NCBI GenBank assembly: GCA_948607205.1
Contig: CAPERS010000007.1
Location: 833 to 64,832 of the forward strand
From: an uncultured Eubacteriales bacterium
Lineage (GTDB): Bacteria > Bacillota > Clostridia > Christensenellales > UBA1242
Length of the DNA: 64,000 nt
Direction of reading: 5' to 3'
A program made the position numbers and the translations under genes. Each line of letters starts with the position of its first letter. Within the stretch, counting starts at the first letter, position 1. This document shows positions 36,505 to 44,119 of the stretch, one piece after another. A model generated the notes under the pieces. That model did no database searches and was not told the DNA's origin. It saw only the letters and a list, made by a program, of their open reading frames with translations.

Positions 36505-38679
36505 TTATTTTGCTTTTTTCTTATCAGCTTTTTCTGCCTTTTTGTCTGATTTCTTAGATTTGTCTTCTTTCTTGTCTGCTTGTTTCTCTTCTTTTGGAAG
36601 GATACGTTTAAGGTCAATTCTGCCCTTTTCGTCAATTTTGATAACTTCAACTTCAACTTCGTCACCAATTTTGACAACATCTTCAACCTTTTCAACACGT
36701 TTGTTTGAAAGTTTTGAAATATGAATCATTCCTTCCTTGCCATTTGCAAGTTCAACGAAAGCGCCAAAGTTCATAATGCGAACAACCTTTCCGTCATAAA
36801 CATCGCCAACTTCCATCTCTTCAACGATTCCAAGAATGATTTTCTTTGCCTTATCAGCCATTTCGCTATCTTGAGATGCAATGAAAACTTTTCCGTCGTC
36901 TTCGATGTCAATTTTAACGCCTGTTTCGTCGATAATCTTGTTGATAGTTTTTCCGCCAGAGCCGATAACATCTTTGATTTTGTCAGGGTCAATATTGAAA
37001 GTAATGATTTTTGGAGCATATTTGCTTAGTTCTGCCCTAGGTGCTTTGATTTCTTCAAGCAACTTGCCCATAATGAACATTCTGCCCTCTTTTGCTTGTT
37101 TAAGAGCTGTTGTGAGGATTTTCTTGTCAATTCCCTTAATTTTGATATCCATTTGGATTGCAGTGATACCTTTTTCAGTTCCTGTCACTTTGAAGTCCAT
37201 ATCGCCAAGGAAGTCTTCAAGACCTTGAATGTCAGAAAGCACAGCAACTTTGCCAGATTTTTCGTCTTTGATAAGACCCATAGCAATTCCAGCAACTGGG
37301 CGCTTGATTGGAACGCCACCGTCCATAAGTGCAAGTGTTGAACCGCAAACAGACGCCATTGAAGAAGAGCCGTTTGATGAAAGAACTTCTGAAACTAAGC
37401 GGAGTGCATAAGGAAATTCCTCTTCAGAAGGAATAACCGCTTCAAGCGCTCTTTCAGCGAGTGCGCCGTGACCGATTTCACGTCTTCCTGGGCTTTTAAG
37501 GTTTCTTGCCTCACCTGTTGCATATGGTGGCATGTTATAATGATGAACATAGCGGTTAACTTCTTCGTCATCGAGGCCTTCAAGTTTTTGCATATCAGAA
37601 ACTGTGCCAAGGGTGAGAGAAGTGAGAACTTGAGTTTGCCCACGAGTGAAAATTCCACTGCCGTGAACTCTTGGCAAGATGCCAGTATCGCACCAGATAG
37701 GACGAATTTCTGTAAGTTTTCTTCCGTCAGGACGAACGCCTTTCTTAAGAATTTTTTCTCTAACTTTTTCTTTTGTCATTTTGTAAAGCACATCGCCAAT
37801 TTGCTTTTCTTTGTCTGGGAAAGTTTCAGCAAAGTATGCTTTAACGTTTGCGTCAACTTCTTCTTGACGTTTTTGTCTTTCTTCGCGGTCAAAAGTGTCG
37901 AGAGCATTATCAAGCATTTTGTCAGCATATTTTCTAACAGCGCTGTCGATTTCTTCTTCAACAACACTATATTCGATTTTGTCATTGACTGGCTTGCCAA
38001 TTTGTTGTTTGATTTTCTTTTGGAAAGCCACAATCTTTTTGATTTCTTCATGAGCGAGCATGATTGCGTCAAGCATAGTCGCCTCAGAAACTTCATTAGC
38101 GCCAGCCTCAACCATCAAAACTGCCTCATCTGTTCCTGAAACTGTGAGATGAAGGTCACTCTTCTCGCGTTCTTCTTGGTTTGGATTGATGATAAGTTTT
38201 TTGCCAACAAGTCCCACTTGAACTGAACCAGTTGGTCCAGCAAATGGTATGTCTGAAATTGAAAGCGCAAAACTTGAACCAAGCATTGCAAGCACTTCTG
38301 GCGCATTATCTGGGTCAACAGAAAGCGCAGTTGCAACCACGCAAACATCGTTATAGAATCCCTTTGGGAAAAGTGGACGAAGAGGTCTGTCGATAAGGCG
38401 AGAAGTGAGAATTGCCTTATCAGAAGGTCTGCCTTCGCGCTTTTTGAATCCGCCAGGAATTTTTCCTACTGAATACATTTTTTCTTCATAATCCACTGCG
38501 AGTGGGAAAAAGTCAATTCCCGGCCTTGGCGCTTTCGCCATTGTGACATTGACCATAACAACAGTTTCTCCCGCTTTAACAAGACAACTTCCATTTGCTT
38601 GTTCACAAAGTCTGCCTGTTTCGAATGTTACTTCCTTTCCACCAATTTCAATTTTATAAATTTTTGCATCTTCTTTCAT
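36505..38679 (-). CDS. pnp: polyribonucleotide nucleotidyltransferase (PNPase) with a Lys-rich C-terminal tail
   Basis: 724 aa with two RNase PH domains, a KH domain ([10 protein letters not shown]) and an S1 domain ([18 protein letters not shown]), followed by [29 protein letters not shown]. Confidence 0.97.
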   Translation of the reverse strand: MKEDAKIYKIEIGGKEVTFETGRLCEQANGSCLVKAGETVVMVNVTMAKAPRPGIDFFPLAVDYEEKMYSVGKIPGGFKKREGRPSDKAILTSRLIDRPLRPLFPKGFYNDVCVVATALSVDPDNAPEVLAMLGSSFALSISDIPFAGPTGSVQVGLVGKKLIINPNQEEREKSDLHLTVSGTDEAVLMVEAGANEVSEATMLDAIMLAHEEIKKIVAFQKKIKQQIGKPVNDKIEYSVVEEEIDSAVRKYADKMLDNALDTFDREERQKRQEEVDANVKAYFAETFPDKEKQIGDVLYKMTKEKVREKILKKGVRPDGRKLTEIRPIWCDTGILPRVHGSGIFTRGQTQVLTSLTLGTVSDMQKLEGLDDEEVNRYVHHYNMPPYATGEARNLKSPGRREIGHGALAERALEAVIPSEEEFPYALRLVSEVLSSNGSSSMASVCGSTLALMDGGVPIKRPVAGIAMGLIKDEKSGKVAVLSDIQGLEDFLGDMDFKVTGTEKGITAIQMDIKIKGIDKKILTTALKQAKEGRMFIMGKLLEEIKAPRAELSKYAPKIITFNIDPDKIKDVIGSGGKTINKIIDETGVKIDIEDDGKVFIASQDSEMADKAKKIILGIVEEMEVGDVYDGKVVRIMNFGAFVELANGKEGMIHISKLSNKRVEKVEDVVKIGDEVEVEVIKIDEKGRIDLKRILPKEEKQADKKEDKSKKSDKKAEKADKKKAK

Positions 38680-38741
38680 TATTATCTCCTTTTATTTGTT
38701 AACAATAAGCCAGATTCTTAATCAATTCGGCTTATTTTTAC

Positions 38742-38778
38742 AAAAAGAGTGGTCGTAAAAAACGCCACCCCCTCTTAA
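38742..38778 (-). terminator. rpsO terminator / pnp leader hairpin
   Basis: Minus strand reads AGAGGGGGTGGCG-TTTTTTA-CGACCACTCT followed by TTTT. The stem is imperfect. Confidence 0.4.
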
Positions 38779-39039
38779 TTATTTAACATCACGAATGCCA
38801 AGTTCTTTGATTAGCTTTCTGTATGCTTCAATATCTCTTTCTTTAAGATAAAGCAAAAATCCCTTTCTCTTACCAACCATTTGAAGAAGACCACGACGAG
38901 AGTGGTTGTCCTTTTGGTGAGTTTTAAGGTGTTCATTCAAGTGATTGATTCTTGCAGTCAGAAGAGCAAGTTGAACTTGAACAGAACCTGTGTCATTTTC
39001 AGAAAGTTTAAACTTTTCAATGATTTCTTTCTTTTCCAT
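38779..39039 (-). CDS. rpsO: 30S ribosomal protein S15
   Basis: 86 aa. [36 protein letters not shown] is typical of S15. rpsO-pnp synteny is conserved. Confidence 0.95.
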   Translation of the reverse strand: MEKKEIIEKFKLSENDTGSVQVQLALLTARINHLNEHLKTHQKDNHSRRGLLQMVGKRKGFLLYLKERDIEAYRKLIKELGIRDVK

Positions 39040-39136
39040 GATTTATCCTCCCATTTTATTTTTTTAACACCTTTCACGAAGTTTTGCGTCAGAAGGTTTC
39101 GCTTTAAACTGCGTTGAAGGCTTCATCGACTTTTTT

Positions 39137-39165
39137 ATTATAGCACAACATTTTTTAAATGTAAA
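39137..39165 (-). promoter_or_regulatory. rpsO promoter (extended -10)
   Basis: Minus strand reads TTTACA (39165-39160), a 17-nt spacer whose last bases are TGC, then TATAAT (39142-39137). Confidence 0.5.
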
Positions 39166-39200
39166 CTATTTTTTAAAAATATTTAAATATTTCTTAATAA

Positions 39201-39385
39201 GTGCCTAAGGCACAACTGTTTTTAATAAATAAATATATTTTTTTTAGTAAGTGCTTAAAGCACAAAAGGTGCATAATGCACCCTAAGACGAAAAATAAGG
39301 CGCTTAAAGCACACCTTATTTTAAAAACAATCAATAGTGTTAGTAAACAAATAATTTGCACAAAAGGTGCATAATGCACCCTAAA
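39201..39385. repeat. cluster of palindromic terminator-like hairpins, including a 27-bp perfect direct repeat
   Basis: GTGCCTAAGGCAC (39201-13), GTGCTTAAAGCAC (39251-63), GGTGCATAATGCACC (39268-82 and 39366-80) and GCGCTTAAAGCAC (39300-12). GCACAAAAGGTGCATAATGCACCCTAA occurs at 39260-86 and again at 39358-84. Confidence 0.7.
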
Positions 39386-39851
39386 CGCCAAAGTCTTCCA
39401 TTTCGCCCATTGCGTCAGAATATTTTTCAGGATGTTCTTCATAATCCTTCAAAAACTTTGCAATGTCTTCTGCTTGCTTTTCTTTTTGTCTATTCATCTC
39501 TGACACAATCTTGTCTTCAAGAGATTGAACCTGCTCAGCAGAATAATCACTCATTCCGTAAATTGACACAGAGCCATTTTTCTTTAAATATTCAAGACTT
39601 GTGACGCCACAACTTATATTAAAAACAATTTCCTTCACAATTTCAACTTCAGTCATTTTTTCTTTAATCATATTTTCCCTCCTATTAATCTCTTCCTGAA
39701 TTTCCTTTTCATACTTTTGAATCTGCTCAGCAGTCACCCAACAATAGCCTGTATTTTTCAAAAGTTCAAGGTTTTGACCAAAAAAGCACCTTGCTGCAAT
39801 GTAGTTGATAATTTTATCCTTAATCAATTCATCATAACTCATTTCTTGCAT
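39381..39851 (-). CDS. hypothetical protein (156 aa) co-transcribed with the XRE regulator
   Basis: AGGAGGGAAATT RBS 10 nt after the XRE stop. Acidic and helical, with an internal two-fold repeat pattern (..NTGYCWVTAEQIQKY.. and ..NGSVSIYGMSDYSAEQVQSL..). The stop TAG abuts a terminator hairpin. Confidence 0.6.
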   Translation of the reverse strand: MQEMSYDELIKDKIINYIAARCFFGQNLELLKNTGYCWVTAEQIQKYEKEIQEEINRRENMIKEKMTEVEIVKEIVFNISCGVTSLEYLKKNGSVSIYGMSDYSAEQVQSLEDKIVSEMNRQKEKQAEDIAKFLKDYEEHPEKYSDAMGEMEDFGV

Positions 39852-39861
39852 AATTTCCCTC

Positions 39862-40194
39862 CTATTCCATTTCTTCTTGATGAACAGTTATTCCATCAAT
39901 ATAGCCTTTAACTCTTTCACACTGATTATCATTAAGCCCTTTTATTTGATTTATCAAATCTCGTTGTGTTTGACTTAATTTTTTTATTTTTGAATTTAAA
40001 TCAACTTTCTTTCCAAGCAATTCGTCAACAGTAACATCAAAATATTCGGCCAGTTTAACGACCATTTCAATATTTGGCATTCTTCTTCCTTGTTCATAGC
40101 CGTTATAGCCAGTTTGAGTCAAACCCATTGCACTTGCCACTTGATTTTGAGTTTTTCCTGCCAGCAATCTTAGTTCTTTGAGTTTAAGGTTCAC
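39862..40194 (-). CDS. XRE-family helix-turn-helix transcriptional regulator
   Basis: LKELRLLAGKTQNQVASAMGLTQTGYNGYEQGRRMPNIEMVVKLAEYFDVTVDELL is a canonical Cro/C1 HTH. GTG start behind GGGAGG. Confidence 0.85.
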   Translation of the reverse strand: MNLKLKELRLLAGKTQNQVASAMGLTQTGYNGYEQGRRMPNIEMVVKLAEYFDVTVDELLGKKVDLNSKIKKLSQTQRDLINQIKGLNDNQCERVKGYIDGITVHQEEME

Positions 40195-40254
40195 TTCTTG
40201 CCTCCCAGATTAACAAACAGAGCATGTTAAACTTGAAATTTGTTCTATATATAA

Positions 40255-40283
40255 ATTATATTATATAATATTCTATTTGTCAA
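40255..40283 (-). promoter_or_regulatory. sigma-A consensus promoter of the XRE operon
   Basis: Minus strand reads TTGACA (40283-40278), a 17-nt spacer, then TATAAT (40260-40255). Confidence 0.6.
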
Positions 40284-40293
40284 TAGTGATTTT

Positions 40294-40557
40294 TTACAAA
40301 TCTATAATATCTTCATTTTTCAAATCAGCACTTTCTTTAACTAAATCAGAAGATTTTTCTTTTTCTGGCTGATTTTTTTGAAGATTTCTTTTTTCTTCTT
40401 GCAGTTTGTCGATTTTTGCCTTAATTTCATTATATTTTGCATTGAGTTTTGGGTCATTGACGCCATGAAGTTTCACAGGCTCTGTTGTCTTGACAATACC
40501 TTCAAATTCAATTTCTCCACTATTAAGTTTCTTTAAAAATTCTTTTAACTTTCCCAT
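40294..40557 (-). CDS. hypothetical small protein (87 aa, coiled-coil/charged)
   Basis: Has its own near-consensus promoter and an AAGGTAAG RBS. No family recognised. Confidence 0.55.
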   Translation of the reverse strand: MGKLKEFLKKLNSGEIEFEGIVKTTEPVKLHGVNDPKLNAKYNEIKAKIDKLQEEKRNLQKNQPEKEKSSDLVKESADLKNEDIIDL

Positions 40558-40575
40558 ATTTTCTTACCTTATTTT

Positions 40576-40605
40576 ATTATAATGCAAACTGCAAAGATTT
40601 GTCAA
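40576..40605 (-). promoter_or_regulatory. sigma-A promoter of the 87-aa gene
   Basis: Minus strand reads TTGACA (40605-40600), an 18-nt spacer, then TATAAT (40581-40576). Confidence 0.5.
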
Positions 40606-40625
40606 TAGGCAAATAAAAAAAGAGT

Positions 40626-42023
40626 TTAATAGAAAAACTCTTTTTTCTTTTCAATAATTTCATCTATGCGCGAAATATAGTCCTCAATAAACTTTGCATT
40701 TGACTGACGCTCAATTCGCTTTTCGGTGTTGAAAATCCTCTTACTCATTGCGCCTGCACCGCACGCAAGAATTGAATTTGTTTCTTCCATGCTGTCAATG
40801 TTGAATATGCACACTTTATCATCTTTGAAATACCCCACATTTTCAAGTCCACCAAGTTGATTTTTTTGGCGATAGAGATAATATGGCTTATATCCATTTT
40901 CAAGAAGCGCCTCTCTTGCAAAATCGATCATTGCGCCTACACCATTATCGGAAGCGCCAACATTTTTCAATACCGAGCCATTTTTGACAGAAAGCGTGTG
41001 AACTGTTATATTGTCTGGGCTTAGTTCCAAAAGTGTTTTGATTGTTCTTTTGAACACCCCAAGTTTTTCTCCCATAAGACCTGCGATGATGTCCATATTC
41101 ACAACAAAGCCACGTTCTAATGCAAGCGAATAACTTTCAAGCACTTGTGCATTTTTGGTTTGTCTGCCAATGCGCTTGAGCGTTGCCTCGCAAAATGTTT
41201 GCGGATTGATTGAAATTCGAGTGACGCCATGCTTTTTGAGAACATCAAGTTTGCCGGCTGTTATCGTGTCAGGTCGACCGCACTCGACTGTGAATTCTGT
41301 GACTGGAAAGTTGAGTTCAGAAAGGAGTCTATCAAGTTGTTCTTCGTTCAAAATTGAAGGCGTTCCGCCACCAATATAGATAGTGCGAACGATATATGCT
41401 TTTTTTGCTATTATCTCACGCACTGCTGTGATTTCTTTTATAAGACATTCAAGATATGGTTCAAGTTTATCTTTCACGCGTGAGATTTCATGTGAAATGA
41501 ATGAGCAATAATAGCAACGCGTTGGACAGACTGGAATGTTGACATAAAGGTCGACAAGGTTATCGTTTCTTATTATGCACTTTTGATTTTTAAGAATCAT
41601 TGGCACAAGTTTTGCCTTGTTTCGACTAACTCTAAGTTCGCGCTCAAAGACCTCTGAAACAATGCTTTCTTTTATCTCACCGCTTTCAATCATGTCACGA
41701 GCAAGTTTGGTTGGTCTTATTCCAGTGAGCGAGCCCCAAGGCAAAGTCAAGCCAAGCAATTGGCTGAGCATATCATAAAGGAAAACTTTCAACTTTCTTT
41801 TCTTTATGCTTTTTTCTTTCAATTCGCTTAAGTTTTTTTGAAGTTCAAATGTAAATGTTTTTGATAAACTTTTATCATCAATTTCCAAAGAAAAATCTTC
41901 AACAAATTTTCCGTTCTCTTCTTTTTCGATATGATTAAGTTTAAACCCTTCATTGACGCCAAAGAGCATTGCAAGGCTTTCAAACTCTATTGCAAACTCT
42001 GGTTTATTTGTTTTTATATCCAT
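40626..42023 (-). CDS. hemZ: HemN/HemZ-family radical SAM protein (coproporphyrinogen dehydrogenase-like)
   Basis: 465 aa with the CPTRCYYCSF cluster motif after an N-terminal extension of about 160 aa, and GGGTPS. Overlaps the relA stop. Confidence 0.8.
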   Translation of the reverse strand: MDIKTNKPEFAIEFESLAMLFGVNEGFKLNHIEKEENGKFVEDFSLEIDDKSLSKTFTFELQKNLSELKEKSIKKRKLKVFLYDMLSQLLGLTLPWGSLTGIRPTKLARDMIESGEIKESIVSEVFERELRVSRNKAKLVPMILKNQKCIIRNDNLVDLYVNIPVCPTRCYYCSFISHEISRVKDKLEPYLECLIKEITAVREIIAKKAYIVRTIYIGGGTPSILNEEQLDRLLSELNFPVTEFTVECGRPDTITAGKLDVLKKHGVTRISINPQTFCEATLKRIGRQTKNAQVLESYSLALERGFVVNMDIIAGLMGEKLGVFKRTIKTLLELSPDNITVHTLSVKNGSVLKNVGASDNGVGAMIDFAREALLENGYKPYYLYRQKNQLGGLENVGYFKDDKVCIFNIDSMEETNSILACGAGAMSKRIFNTEKRIERQSNAKFIEDYISRIDEIIEKKKEFFY

Positions 42024-44119
42024 CTTTCACCTCGCTGAACGTTGATGACGCCATTGAGAGCGCGAAGAGAATTCATAATTTTTTCAAGTTCGTTTTTATT
42101 TTTCACTTCAATTGCGACATTGCAAACAGTGTTACCTTTGTTTTCCTTTGCTTCAAAGCCCTTTATTGCCACCTTTTGACTTGCGAGCGAATTTGTTATT
42201 TTGCCCACGCAGTTTTCAAGACTGTCTGCCTCAATGCAAATATTTGCAAGGAATGACGCCCCTTCCTTTTCCTGCCATGTTGCTTCGATAAGTCGTTCTG
42301 GTTCGAGATACTTTAAGTTCGGACAGTTATGTCTGTGAATTGTCACACCCTTGCCACGTGAAATATAACCTATTATTTGGTCACCTTCAATGGCATTGCA
42401 ACAGCCCGCAAAACGAACAAGCATTCCGCTGTCACCATCGACAAGCACGCCGTCTTTATTTTTTTTGAGATGCACAACGCTTGAATTTGGCTTTTTGACA
42501 ACATTATCCTTTTGATATTGGTTTATTATCCTTCCCAGAACTTGAGATGAAGTCAAACTGCCAGAGCCAATTGAAGCATAGAGTTCATCGGTGTCATTCA
42601 TATTGTATCTTGCAAGAATTTCGTTTAGATACTTATCTGACAATATATGATTTGAGTTCAAGCCTTTCTCTTGTATGAGAGCATTGAGGCTTGCTTTGCC
42701 AAACTTAATATTTTCTTCTTTAAGTTCACTTTTGAAGAATGCTTTAATCTTGCTTTTTGCACCTGAAGTTTTGACATAGTTAAGCCAATCGCGTGAAGGA
42801 CCTTTACTGTGTGAAGAGGTCAGAATTTCAACGATGTCACCATTTTTGAGTTCTTTTGTGATTGGTTGCATTTTGCCGTTTATCTTTGCGCCTACACAGG
42901 AATTTCCAACACCTGAGTGAACGGCATAAGCAAAGTCAATTGCTGTTGCGCCTTCTGGGAACTCAATAACCCTTCCTTTTGGTGTTTGAACGAAGATAAC
43001 GCCGTTATACAGATTGGATTTGAGCGACTCGATAAACTCTTCGTCTTTCATTTCTTTCGCGCTGTCAACAATCTCTCTGAACCACGTGAAACGCAGGTCA
43101 AGGTCATTTTTCTTGGTCTTCTTTTCCTTATACAGCCAGTGAGAATAAACGCCGAACTCGCTTTCGCGATGCATTTCTTGTGTTCTTATCTGCACTTCCA
43201 TTGGATGCTGATTTTCAACGATTATCGTTGTGTGAAGAGATTGATAGCCATTTGGTTTTGGGCTTGAGATATAGTCTTTCACACGTCCTGGCATAATTTT
43301 ATAAATTCCGTGAATTCTTCCAAGCACTGCATAGCACTCTTCAACCGTGCGAACAATAACTCGCATTGCAAGCAAGTCATAAATTTGAGTAAGCGTTGAG
43401 TTTTTTGAACGAATTTTTTTGAAAATTGATGAAATGTGCTTTTGCCTATATTGAATTTCGCCTTCTATCTTAAGGTCTTTAAGAATTTCTTCCACCCTCT
43501 TTTTTGAAAGGATAAGTTGATTTTCATTTTCCTCTTTATGCGCTTCCAAAGTGTTTTTGAGTTGAAGATATTCACTGTTATTAAAAAGCCTTATGACATT
43601 ATCTTCAAAAGAAAGTTTCAAAAAGTCAAATCCCAGACGTTCTGAAAGTGGCGCATGGATATCACGCACTTGGCAAACAAAATTCTTTTCCTTTTCAGAC
43701 AATGGCAAACTTAGACAAGAAATGTCATATAGAACGCCTGCAAGTTTGATTATCACAACGCGAATATCCTTGCTTAAAGCAATGAACATATTTTTGATAT
43801 CTTCGATGTTATCGCTTAATGTTATCTCATTTATATCCTTGATTGCCTTATATGTTTGAAACATTGTTATTTCTTCTGCATTAAGAAGTTTCAAAATTTC
43901 ATCCTCTTCCTCTGGCAAAACTTTATATTTTTGATAAGCGAGAAATGCAAATACCGAATGTTTGTCAAGGCGGACTTTGAAAATGATATCGAGAATAGCG
44001 TCGCATCTTGAAAGGTTCATTTTTAAAGACAAAAGAGAGGAAAGTTTTGTTTCTTCCTCTTTTGACAGGCTTAAATGATTTTTTATTTTGTTTTCAAGTT
44101 GAATTATTTGCTCTTCCAT
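42014..44119 (-). CDS. relA: long RelA/SpoT-homolog (p)ppGpp synthetase with a degenerate hydrolase (HD) domain
   Basis: Synthetase motifs RVKDYISSPKPNGYQSLHTTI and EVQIRTQEMH...HWLYKE. TGS domain (PKGRVIEFPEGATAIDFAYAVH) and a C-terminal ACT-like domain. The N-terminal 190 aa contain no His-Asp doublet. Confidence 0.9.
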   Translation of the reverse strand: MEEQIIQLENKIKNHLSLSKEEETKLSSLLSLKMNLSRCDAILDIIFKVRLDKHSVFAFLAYQKYKVLPEEEDEILKLLNAEEITMFQTYKAIKDINEITLSDNIEDIKNMFIALSKDIRVVIIKLAGVLYDISCLSLPLSEKEKNFVCQVRDIHAPLSERLGFDFLKLSFEDNVIRLFNNSEYLQLKNTLEAHKEENENQLILSKKRVEEILKDLKIEGEIQYRQKHISSIFKKIRSKNSTLTQIYDLLAMRVIVRTVEECYAVLGRIHGIYKIMPGRVKDYISSPKPNGYQSLHTTIIVENQHPMEVQIRTQEMHRESEFGVYSHWLYKEKKTKKNDLDLRFTWFREIVDSAKEMKDEEFIESLKSNLYNGVIFVQTPKGRVIEFPEGATAIDFAYAVHSGVGNSCVGAKINGKMQPITKELKNGDIVEILTSSHSKGPSRDWLNYVKTSGAKSKIKAFFKSELKEENIKFGKASLNALIQEKGLNSNHILSDKYLNEILARYNMNDTDELYASIGSGSLTSSQVLGRIINQYQKDNVVKKPNSSVVHLKKNKDGVLVDGDSGMLVRFAGCCNAIEGDQIIGYISRGKGVTIHRHNCPNLKYLEPERLIEATWQEKEGASFLANICIEADSLENCVGKITNSLASQKVAIKGFEAKENKGNTVCNVAIEVKNKNELEKIMNSLRALNGVINVQRGERWI

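Noticed and set aside
39194-39604. Track ORFs 39194..39442 (-) and 39356..39604 (+)
   Set aside because: The first runs through the hairpin-repeat cluster, and the second is antisense to the 156-aa gene. Neither has an RBS.
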